DNA from: Vermamoeba vermiformis
Taxonomy: Eukaryota
DNA length: 64,000 nt
Reading direction: 5' to 3'
NCBI GenBank assembly: GCA_045837725.1
Contig: JBEWZL010000152.1
Span: forward strand, 1-64,000
This document shows positions 1 to 10,669 of the stretch, one piece after another. The notes beneath the pieces are model-generated. The model was not told the origin of the DNA, did not search any database, and was given only the letters and a program-made list of their open reading frames with translations. Within the stretch, counting starts at the first letter, position 1, and each line of letters opens with the position of its first letter. Position numbers and translations under genes: made by a program.

Positions 1-44
1 ATTATTTTTATTAATTAGTTTACTGACAAATTTATTATTTACAG

Positions 45-779
45 CTTTTGTTCGTAATAGAACAAATTTATTATGACGAATGGAGCAACGTTGGCTCCGA
101 TGCAATCCGGGCTGCCTACCAAGTCGCAATAACTAGTGCTCGTCGACGTCGACGTCGACGATCTGACCGAGATAGTTGCTACGTAGAGTACGACCCAGAG
201 TTTGCCAGGTCGGTTCTCAATCTACGATTGGCGTGTCAATCCTTTTACTTGTCTCCAATTCTCGCAGGGCACTTTTTAGTGTCGCTCATGACGCTTGGCT
301 GCACGTACCGAGGAATTCTCAAGGCATGGAGTGTGCACCGTTATCGCCCGAATCGCAACTTGTTCGAACTTGCGATGGTAGCTCGAAGTATGAACGGAGT
401 TCATTTTGCACTCAGAGCGTTCCATCTTGGGCTTCCCAGGTACGGCTTTGGCCTTGGTCTTACTGCTGGCTTTCTCAACCGGTTCATAAACGGAGTATGC
501 TTGGTGTACCAGAGCTTCTACTGGCAAGTCCCTGACATCAGCACCGTGGAAGACGGAGATCACTTGTGGTTGGCTGCCTCGTATCGACGCAATAAGGAAC
601 TTCTCTACATTGCCCGTAGTTTCGGAAATTCCTTGGAAATGAAGGTACTCAAGCGTTATTTTGATGATTTCGACTTGGAAATACTAGAAGAGCTTCACGA
701 CGCGGAATCCTTCTTTACAGGAGAGGAAGGCACCGATTATCAACACCATGAAAAGTACCCTGCAATTGATTTTGATTGA
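45..779 (+). CDS. Last exon of a 5'-truncated hypothetical protein gene
   Basis: Open frame of about 244 codons ending TGA at 777-779. It is preceded by an intron 3' end (branch-like TACTGAC, then TTTACAG at 38-44). No family recognised; contains an Arg run and a weak F-box-like 'LNLRLACQSFY' segment. Confidence 0.55.
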   Translation, partial: LLFVIEQIYYDEWSNVGSDAIRAAYQVAITSARRRRRRRSDRDSCYVEYDPEFARSVLNLRLACQSFYLSPILAGHFLVSLMTLGCTYRGILKAWSVHRYRPNRNLFELAMVARSMNGVHFALRAFHLGLPRYGFGLGLTAGFLNRFINGVCLVYQSFYWQVPDISTVEDGDHLWLAASYRRNKELLYIARSFGNSLEMKVLKRYFDDFDLEILEELHDAESFFTGEEGTDYQHHEKYPAIDFD

Positions 780-890
780 TCAATTTATAATAAACTAAAC
801 AGATAAGTTAGTCTACGTACTCGAACCAAGTTTAAATTTATCATTTTGTTAGTACATACTAGTTAATACGAAAATCTGGTTGAATACACC

Positions 891-1012
891 GAATTCAACC
901 TGTTTTACATGAAATTTAGAATAAGCTATGTCAGCTGTCATGAATTGAGATGGAAGACAGTCATGATTGAATTCAAAGTAAACTGCAAATTCAACCTGTT
1001 TTTACATAAATT
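891..1012. repeat. Imperfect ~25-bp direct repeat pair (AATTCAACCTGTTTT(T)ACAT..AAATT)
   Basis: Copies read directly at about 891-916 and 987-1012. Confidence 0.75.
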
Positions 1013-1055
1013 GAGGTGTATTGCCACTTTTATTTGGAATTGTCAAACAATGATC

Positions 1056-1272
1056 GAGAATTCTTGAAAATGGTCAGGGATCGTCCGATCTTTGGACGAA
1101 TGGTCAAGAATTCTTGAAAATTGCCTGGGATCGTCTGATCTTCGGACGAATGGTCAAGAATTCTTGAAAATGGTCAGGGATCGTCCGATCTTCAGACGAA
1201 TGGTCAAGAATTCTCGGAAATTGGTCTGGGATCGTCCGATCTTCGGACGAAAGGCCTAGAATTCTTCAAAAG
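1056..1272. repeat. Tandem array, ~4.3 copies of a 50-bp unit containing a palindrome and a hairpin
   Basis: Units start at 1056, 1106, 1156 and 1206, with a partial copy at ~1257. Consensus AAGAATTCTTGAAAATGGTCAGGGATCGTCCGATCTTCGGACGAATGGTC. AAGAATTCTT is self-complementary and TCGTCCGA-TCT-TCGGACGA is an 8-bp stem. Confidence 0.95.
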
Positions 1273-1299
1273 TTTTAGGGTACTACCATCCCAGCCCTA

Positions 1300-2115
1300 G
1301 CCTTTTAAGTAGAATAATTTTCCTTGAACTTTACAAAAAAATTTTGGGTTGCCTTGTGTTGGTTGAGTTAGCAACAAGGCCTGTGAAGGGGTAGATCTGT
1401 TTTTTTACCCTATTTAGGGTTTAACCTTACCTTTGTTGCTTCTATTTTGGTACGAACTTGATCTGCACTGATCCGTGCCTGATTTGCGCCCGATCCGTGC
1501 GTGATCTCTACTAGATCCACACTCGGCTCCAACTTGGTCAGCTCCTATAAAAAAATATTTGTTAACAATTCCTTTTACTTATTTAAACACTGAATTTCAT
1601 ATCGTAAACGAAAACACAAGGAAAAAAATGAATTATTCGCAGATTGAATTTTTGAATCTGCTTCGAACACGAATTTACTCCATTAAAATGATCAAAATAT
1701 ATTAAAATTGATTTTAATATGATGTTTTATAATTGATTTTACCTTGTTTAGCCAGTAAAAACCGAATTTAACCGATCGCGATCTAATCCTGAGACGGATT
1801 TGCAACTCGCCTTGTCTCGTTCTAGTAAACAAATTATTAGTATCAGTGTTAATTGTTATATATAAATTAATTAAACTTACGTGCTGTTTTCTCTATCTCG
1901 GCGATACAAGGAAATTAAATCGTTGCTCGGGATCGCGTGCTCAAATTGAGATTCCTGAGACGAGAGGAATTTCAATCATTGCGCGTTGATTTTTGCCATT
2001 ATAAGGCATTGTAATCTAAAATAAATAAAGAAATTAGGTTTTATATGTTATGTTTTTATAGTTCCGACTTACCGTTCGGTCAGATCGCGCGTTCAAAGCC
2101 ACATCCACGCGCGAC
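1300..2115 (-). other. Putative spliced, probably non-coding minus-strand transcription unit
   Basis: Alternating GC-richer blocks and AT-rich blocks with canonical minus-strand splice sites. Candidate exons 2115-2073, 2015-1881, 1821-1743, 1544-1431 and 1380 onward. Exon 2015-1881 has stops in all three frames. Confidence 0.35.
1459..1523. repeat. Six degenerate 10-11-bp units each beginning NGAT(C/T)
   Basis: tgatctgcac / tgatccgtgcc / tgatttgcgcc / cgatccgtgcg / tgatctctact / agatccacact, read consecutively. Confidence 0.7.
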
Positions 2116-2134
2116 CTAAGGAATTATATTATCC

Positions 2135-3907
2135 CTAACCCAAATAATCACATTCTTCTAGGTCAGCTGGACTGTAGGCAATGCCTTCGCTTGGTACATT
2201 TGTTTGTTGAGCAAGACAGAGAGCTGCTTTGATGTCTAACAGCTCTAATCTATCTGAACTAGGTTTTGGTGCAGTCTCAGGCCAAACAGTAAACTCTTCT
2301 CCATATGCTTCCCAGATCTTTCTGGCAACAGCAGTTTCAACCTTGGACAGCAAGTCAATGGCATTACTGAGGTGTACAGGATCAAGATGCAGTAAGCTTT
2401 CTGCTTGTGGAACTGCATCATATATCTCTCCAACCATGAATGAAATCGCTCGAGGAATGCCAAATGTGCGAATGAAGGTTCGCAACAAAATTTGAGCTGT
2501 CTTTTTGTGCAAGGTAGGTTTTCTGCAGGAAAAGTTAGTTTGTGTAATTTATTGCTGCCTTAATCATCTACCTTTGTTCATTGCCCAAAGAAACTTGCAT
2601 AGGAAGCACTTTGCCAAACAGGCTAGATGTGATGCTATCAAGATACTTGATATTGAGTAAGCTGTCCATAGACCCTGCAACAGGTCTCCAATGATTTTTT
2701 TCTTCTTTGGAAGAATAGCCTGGGAGGTGTGTTCCAACACCTAGCCAAAATAGATTCACGTTTGAAGCAAGTTGAGTTGTGTGGCTTGAACCAGTTGCTC
2801 AAAAGAGTTGGAAGACGTTATCCATGTCACCTTTCTTTGTTTGGCGACTAAAAACCTAAGCTCAAAAGTCAACAGCAGCTCTTAATTGACTTTCAACTTA
2901 CTTGACATTCATCAATGCCAAACACAACTGTTTTCTTTTCATGCAGACCATCTTCTGAGAATGGTAAAACTACTTTGGGGAGGGTTTGAGCATCAATAAG
3001 GGCATTGAAGAGATTCAAATATTCATCGTACTGGCCACGAAGTCCTTGGAATGAATCAAGCTTGGTCTTTGTTATTTTGATCTTCTGGCCTTTGTAAACA
3101 ACAGTCCAGTTGTTGAATCGTGCTTCAATATTGTCTCTAATTAAACTTGCAAGCACTGTTGAGAAAGATTAACCACAACTGTTACAAGTCTGACAGTAGA
3201 CAAGACTTACCACTAAAGGCATCAAAGCGATTGTTCTTCTCACTAGCCAATATAATTTCTAAGTAGAAACTGGAGCAGAGGATAATTCGTTGTCTGTAAA
3301 CTGTGTCCACCAAGGAATTGATGAATTGTCTTCTTAACTTCTTTTTATCGCTTGCGACATCATCCTCAGTAAGTTTTGCGTCAGTTGCCACCATTCTCAG
3401 CTCATTTAAGAAAGAGTGAATGACCGATTAATTGTTCAGTGCTTGACAAATCCATTCAACCAGCAATCGCGTCTTTCCACTGCCTTTCCCCATGATTTGC
3501 AACGAGTAGTTCGGTTTTTGGGCACCTAAATTGTCATAGGCAGCACTCAACAGTTGTAGCAACAGTGTTTGGCGGTTTAAAAACTCGGCAGGGATGTACT
3601 TGGCTTGTGTCGGTATGTACCACATTCCTGAATTGATTGGAATTCTACCAAAGTTGTCGGGCAACGGCAGCTGAATAGTCTTGCCATTGATGCGCACCAA
3701 CATTGTAGTTTTAGATAGAACATGTGAGTCAAAGTTGCCACTGGTATTTTGAATTTGCTTGCTCCTCCTAGTCTTAGGCTTAGTTGCAAAACCGGGTGAG
3801 TTTGGCGCGGGTTGTGTTTTTTGATTAGCACGCTCGTCGGCCACTGATAACCGTTTTCTTGTCTTTGGGACAGCTTTAGGTAAAAACTTGGCGATAGTGG
3901 ACTTTGA
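2135..3907 (-). pseudogene. Decayed P-loop NTPase gene (Crinkler/STAND-like)
   Basis: Walker A GKGSGKT, Walker B VVFGIDECQ and downstream GIPRAI motif across spliced fragments. In-frame stops at 3428-3430 (TAA) and 2799-2801 (TGA) lie inside exons, and the frame ends abruptly near 2135. Confidence 0.65.
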
Positions 3908-4354
3908 CTAGATCGTGCAGCAAAGCCCTAAACGTTTCAGTTGAGATCAAATATTTTTAAATAAATGATATTATATTAGGTTATTCAGTTACCAAAATGC
4001 GTGTAATAATTATTATAATAATTTTAAGCGCGTTTATAGCCAGGCTATTGGCATTTTCTTCGATACAAAATTTGACGATTGAAATCCGATTTCGATTCAT
4101 TTTTAAAATGTAAATATCTTAAATATTTATATTTAGTATATTAAAAGGTTAATTACCGTAAAAGCAGTTCGGGACAGGATTAATTTTGGATTTCAAGGGA
4201 CGGATGAGGCACTTCAGTCTCAGTTGCTTTGCGCTATGGAATGTTAGCGCGAACATCAAAATATCTGTCGTGGTTTATCATTTGCGGTTGATTGAAGAAA
4301 AGATGAACTCACAAAGTCTCGGGCTAAAAATCTCGATTTACAAAAAAGTAAAAA

Positions 4355-6066
4355 TTACATCTTAGCAACCTTTTCGTACATCTTCATTGCTTGACGAACA
4401 CCCAAGTCCAACATAATCTCTTCGGAACCGCCCGGGATGGAGTAAGCACGAACTTCTCTGCTGAGACGTTCAACTTTCTCACCCTGGCCACCACGAGTGT
4501 AAGCAAGACCACCAAAGATCTGGCAAGCCTCACGAGCGCAGTACTCAAAAGTTTGAGTGGTTTGTGCCTTCAACAAAGCAATGGGACCGGCCAGAACATT
4601 GCTAGACTCTTTGTGTGACATCTTAGTCATTTGATAAGTGACGGCTTCTAACCACGATTGAGTAGCCTCGACGTGACGAGTCATTTGCGCCAACTTGTAG
4701 CGAATGACGGGCTGATCGACCAAGCGCTTGCCGAATGCCTTACGCTTGTGAGCGTAGGCGAAGGATTCTTCGAGGCAGACACGAGCAAATCGAGTGCCTT
4801 GCACACAAATGCCCCAACGCTCGTGGTTGAAGTTGTGCATAATACCTTCATACAATAAGGTCAGTTAAATTACGGAAAGACAAGCGCATACATTTGAAGC
4901 CCTCGTTCTCCTTGCCAATCAAGTTCTCGGCAGGAACTTTGACATCTTCGAAGGTGATGTATGTAGTGCCAGAAGGCCAGACACCAGTGCACTTCATTTG
5001 GCGAGTGGTGACTCCCGGCATATCACGCTCAATCAATAAGAGTGAAATACCAGACATGCCAGCACCACCAGTGCGGACGGCAACAGTGAAGAAGTCAGAG
5101 AACACACCTAATGATGAGTCAGTGTCTGAGACAGCGTGCATTATCCTCGTAGTGTAATCGACGTACCGTTGGTGATCCACTTCTTCTCACCGTTGACAAT
5201 GTAGTGTTTGCCGTCAGCAGTCTTCTTAGCCTCGCAGCGGAGGTTTGCCACGTCAGATCCAGCGTAAGGCTCGGTGATGGCAAGGCAAATGGTCTTTTCA
5301 CCGCGCAAACAAGGACCAGCGACCTTGTCCTTCAAGTACTTGCTACCGAAGAGTAAGACGGGAGGAAGACCAATGGCGAGACCAGCTTGCAAACCCCAAA
5401 TGACACCACCAGAACCGCAACGAGACAATTCGTCCAACAAAATAAGTTCAGTGAAAGCGTCGAATTCTTCAGGCTTAATGCCGCCGGCGAGGTTAGTGCC
5501 AGCATATTCGGTGGGCCCTGTGTGCGCGTGAGCAAGGTGTGAATTAAAACATCAAGTAACTTACAAGGAGTACCGACTACACCAGGTAACAAACCAGCCT
5601 CGTAGGCCTTGCGATAGATTTCCTTGGGCATTTGCTTGTTCTCGTCCCACTCGTGGCAGTAGGGCATAATCTCGGTATCAACGAACTTGCGAGCGGCAGC
5701 ACGGAATCGACGGTGAGTGTCGTTGTAGTAAGCAGAGTGCCAGTTTTGGTACCAGTTGGGGTCACCATAAGGAACGAGATCGCCAAAAGTTTTGGTGGAT
5801 GGCTTGTCAGCGGTCGCGCCACCCTTGCTCTCTTCGCCGACGACACCAATGCAATACTTAGCATATTGGTCCAAAACGGAGGGTTTGTGGAATTGCTCGA
5901 ATTGCTTCGTGGCGTCCGTGCCCGCAACTTTGACAAGCACTTTCTTGCCGCCTGGATGTTCCCCCAAAAAGTTGGTCACATTGTAAACTTTGCCTTTAAC
6001 AATAATCCAACAATCTTCGGCCGTGTTGTGCTTGGCCACTTCGCTTGCGCTAATAATTTTGCTCAT
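4355..6066 (-). CDS. Acyl-CoA dehydrogenase with N-terminal cytochrome b5 domain
   Basis: b5 motif HPGG; ACAD motifs [40 protein letters not shown]; three short introns. A 5'-UTR intron (6067-6244) ends right at the ATG. Confidence 0.95.
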
Positions 6067-6499
6067 CTAAATTAAATTTAAAACAAACTATTAGCAAATT
6101 GCGTAATAAGTATTATCCCCACAAAATTCAAGTTATTAAAATTCGTAATTATTACTCTAAATTTTACTCTTTGGATCACCGCTTTGCTATTATTACTGTT
6201 TGGCGAACCGCCATTAATTATTATTTTGTAAATGTGAAACTTACGTTTGTAATGTTACTGCAATACTACGGTGTGTAAATGCGTAAGCAGTCGCGATCTG
6301 CACTTCGACTGATGTTGGGAAATGAAATGATCCCGCGAGAAATATTTTTGCTTTGTGCAATACCAGCACGTGCAACACTAAAGGTCAGAAATTAATCAAC
6401 TTAATTAATGAAATGCAGAACCTTGCAAGGTTACACCTTCTCTTCGACGATCGATAGATCGGATGGGATAAATACGCTCGGGTAATTATTTAATAATTT

Positions 6500-7468
6500 T
6501 TATTTAGCAAAATGAATGGTGAACGTGCCATCGACAGGACCATCATACTTAATTTTCTTGTCCTTTAGGTATTGCTCTACTGCGGCGGTAATTTTAGGGC
6601 CTTCAGCACCCGAGTGACTTCCTTTGCCGGTAATCACAATGCCTGGCTTGGACTTGTCGAGCTTCTTGGAGGCCAAGAACTTTTCGGTAGCTTCGACAGC
6701 AGCCTTGGCTTGAAGTCCGTGCAAGTCAATCTCGTTTGCGTTGCGTCCTTTGTTTTTATGCTCGAGCATTTTATCGGCAGCTTCTTTCTTCTTTTTCTCC
6801 ATCTTCTCGGAGATCTTCTTTGCTTTCTCACGCAACTGTAGTGACACATCCGACGCTTAGTATTGAAATTCTGAGATAGCTACCAAACACTTACTTGTGC
6901 GGCTTTTTCCTTATCGCCAGCGGCAAAGGCAGCTTCCGCGTCCTTGAAAAGTTGGTCGCGTTCCGCTGCTAGTTTGTCGATCTTGCCCTGACCGCTCTCG
7001 TACACTTTATCGCTCTTCGTACGCTCTTTATCCAGTTGGCTCACGATCTTTTTGATTGCAGTAAGGGCTGCTTCAATTTGTTGGGAGGTTCCTATCAAGT
7101 AGATTACTTAATTGTATGATCCCTTAATTAATTTATCCGATCCAAGAGAATAGCCGTTAAACGATAAAAAGAACTTAAATTAATCATCGATGCGCCCATT
7201 AACTTTTTTTTTCCGCCGCTTGTACCTGTGCAGCAGAATTGCAGACGATGATAAAAGATTTATTACTTTGCTTTAAAAAAACTTGAAAAAATTGAAACCA
7301 CTAAAAATACGCACCCTTAATAACAATATCTTCGCTCTTTGAATCGCGAGGAGGGAAATCAATTGTCGCTCCAGACTTCTGCTTGATCTCCTTGATTGTC
7401 TCTCCACCTTTGCCAATAATTCTTGGGTGGTACTCTCGGAGTACAGTAAGCTTTTTTTCTTCGGCCAT
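6500..7468 (-). CDS. KH domain + helical linker + Smr (small MutS-related) domain protein
   Basis: Exon 1 has KH GxxG loop 'HPRIIGKGGETIKEIKQKSGATIDF'. Last exon has Smr motifs 'EIDLHGL' and 'VITGKGSHS'. Two introns join them. Confidence 0.85.
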
Positions 7469-7702
7469 TGTGGTTCTCTTTGTAAATTTGACTAGCGGAA
7501 TCAAAAATAAAAATTCTTGTGTCAGTGCGGAGATTTGCCCTAGTTAATTAACCGAGAAGATAATCTCGAGTGATAGCAGACATCACTTGCGTAACAATAT
7601 TAACTTCTGCAGCAGATCCAGGCGATCTGGGAATGGATCAAGATTGCCGTAAAAGTTGCTTTCGCTAAATAAAGGATAATTTTAAATCTACATCATTTAC
7701 AT

Positions 7703-10498
7703 CTAGTGCTCTTCAGGCGTTTTAGGTAACTGGGCGGCTAACTGAAGCACAAGTTGGCGTTCGATCTGTGGATGCAGTTGTCGACGCTGGTAAGGTTGCA
7801 GGTCTAATAGTTCAAGGGGCGGTTGTTTCTTACGCGCCGGCACAGGCGGCAATTGTGCATTATTTTCTGGTGGTGGAGACACTGCACGACGTGGAGGCAC
7901 TGGTGGCAGTGGCTTATTGAAGTTGGCCGGTGCTTGATTATTATTGCTGTGCAAGGTCCCGGAGGAATTCGCGGCTAATTTTTGCGATGTTCTAGTGTCG
8001 GTGAATGTTTTGCTTCGAGCTTTTTGTAGCACTTCTTGAGCAATCTTGCTTTGCACTTGTGAATCTTGCACATTCGCCGCTTGTTGTTGCACAGGTGCGT
8101 GCGTGACATGTTGCAGACCTTGTTGTTTTTCCAGCTTGACGTACATCTCTTCTTGCTTGCCAGTCCACGGAGCGGGGATAATCATCGATTCACCACCGCG
8201 CTTCCGCGAGTCAATGTGAACAATGTTAGACGGCTTTTGTTGCAGAAAAGCATCGCTGAAGTGACACGTTAATACAAGGAGAGTAGTAGATTGTAACTTA
8301 CCAATTCCTGAACATGAATTCTATAATTGAATTAGCCTTGTGCACGCTCATTAATGCAACGGAGATGTCGCTGTGCTTCATTAGGACTGGAGCTAAGCAC
8401 GTTGCCAAATTTTGCGACGTCATCTTATTGACATCGCTATGCTTAATAATTTTGGAAATGACCTCAAGAAGGGCAATCAAAACGTTTTTGTTGTGCTCTG
8501 GCAGAGAGAACACTAGCTCTTTAAGTTTTTCGAGCTGTTGGTCCACGGGATAATCTAGGATAGTGCGTTAGCATGGCGATGTGATATTAGTTGGCAAACT
8601 AATATCTTTTTATCTTACTTAAGACGCCAACAAAGTCTGGATATCTTGCGGCGGTCAGCAAACAATCCGGCAACTCGTCAAAGAACTTCTTAATTACTGC
8701 AGCGACAAGGTCTGGATCTTCTAGCCTCCAATCGATATTTTCTAACAACTCGTCAGAATTATTGAAGCTCAGTTGTAACGTGCTTACCGTGGTGGTCAAT
8801 GCGTTGTTTCACGTGAACTAAATTCTGAATGCTTGTATTAACGCGGAAGAGTCCTTCGCGAGTATCTACATGGCTAGTGAGACACGATTACAATCAGAAT
8901 GTCTACTTACAATGCGTTGAGAGAACAGCATCAAACGTTATGCGCAACAGTTCGGGTATGTTGATATCTGGCCTCTCTAAGAATTGTTGCTGCATAATTA
9001 ACTCTAAATCGATGCCGAAGATCAGCTTTTCTTTTCTTATTCCTTCTTCGACTTGTTTTCTACGTTGTTCTTCATACTGATGAATTTGCTGTTGAATATC
9101 GCTGCTTTTTGCGTTCAGTACTGTGCTGCCAGGCAGTTGCTTTTGGAAATTTTGCATAAAGTTCTCGTTATCTCCGTGATTATATATTACAGTAAAATAA
9201 ATGTCTTTTAGCTTTTCTTTGCCCTTAAGTGTGGCCGTCAACTCAGTGTGTTGTGACTTCTCGTCTTCACTACTCAAGTTATCTTCAGCATCGGTGAAAA
9301 GGTGAATTGAAACGACGACTGTTTGGAAGAACTGCGACGCAAATTCAAGCGCAATAGCCTAATACATGTTAGTATCTGTAATAATGTCATTAGGTCGTAT
9401 ACTTACGTTACACAAGTCGCATGCGCGATAAATAGCCGTACCCGACCTGTCCCGTTCATTAATTATTATAATTACGGTATTGTTTGGTACTTACGCGTAT
9501 TGTATGCACGCTATATTTTGCTTGATCAGCTCAATTTGCGCCTGCGCAGTTGGTTGTGGAGAGGCTATGATGAGTGGCTTTTGACAGAACGTCATTACCG
9601 CGCTGAAGTTTCTTTGTGAATCATTTTTTGCACGTTCGAGTTTATCGCTGTAATGGTTATTAAAAAGCCAGATGTAGCGTTAGATACTTACAACATGATT
9701 GACGTGGCCTTTTGGAACCTTGATGTCTTGTTACCGAAGAACCATCCGCCTTCGTCGTCCGCCGACTTTTTCATCGACCTACTGACGTCTAAGCAGAATA
9801 TATCGAGATTAACCAATGATTTTTGTTTGATGACGAAGTCCAATCGATATTTCATTGCGCCAACATTTAGCGACGCGTTTAAAAATGATAGCAGATCAGC
9901 ATCTTGCCGCAGCGATGGAATGCTTAGCGCACGGCTAAGCCATTGAGCAAGAGCTACACGACGCTCTTCAACGAATTGGGGATCGTGTCTTGACGTCAAA
10001 GTCTTCGGTGGCAACGGTGGCAATGTGAGCTGGTGGTACGTGTTGACCGCCTTGGAAAAGTTGTTAGCACAAAATTAAGAATTAGAATTCCGCCTAGTTC
10101 TTACTTCATTATGAAACACGTCTATCGCAGAGTATCGGGTCTCGAATGTCCATTTTGAATCTTTGATTTTGGCTTCGACAAGGTATTTGATCTGAATGGA
10201 TCGAAAAATTAATTTCGAGTGCAATAAGAGCGAATCAATTGTAGAAGCATAATATAATATATTTTCTATTTTTTTAAAATTATAACATTGATAAATAAGT
10301 GAAAAACAAGTTTGATTCTCTTGCACATTAATTACGCAATACTATAGCATGCTAAATTAAATTGATACGCACATAAGTATGACCACTTTCGTCGGTAGCT
10401 TCTTCGGCCTTTGGGATCTTTAGGCTGAAGTCCCAAGTTAACAAACAGGCCGCATCTTCCACTTCGACGACTCTTCGTTGCAGAATGTCGCGTTCCAT
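7703..10498 (-). CDS. PX domain + RhoGAP protein with Pro-rich tail
   Basis: PX: 'TRYSAIDVFH', 'LPPLPPK...FVEERRVALAQWL'. RhoGAP: 'IFGIDLE', EGLFR, 'IKKFFDELPDCLLT', 'NKMTSQNLATCLAP'. Start ATG at 10498 inferred. Confidence 0.85.
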
Positions 10499-10669
10499 AA
10501 TAAACGCGAATTACTCGTGCTAATTGTGGACTATCAATAAATAATAAGGCGAATCTTTGAAACACGGAAATAATTTTCCCTTCACCGAAGCGCCAAAATA
10601 ATGCGAGTCAAAAATACGTAATTTGAAATACTAGGGAATCATTTATTTACATCACTGGTAAGTAAGGTA

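Noticed and set aside
1056-1272. CRISPR array
   Set aside because: Units repeat along their full length with no unique spacers; the context is eukaryotic and there are no cas genes.
2799-3430. Alternative genetic code (stop-codon reassignment) to explain in-frame stops
   Set aside because: Neighbouring intact genes end in TAA, TAG and TGA and have no internal stops, so these are pseudogene lesions.
7093-7314. Intronic box C/D snoRNA in the long KH-Smr intron
   Set aside because: A GATGAT word is present but there is no matching D box (CTGA) or terminal stem.
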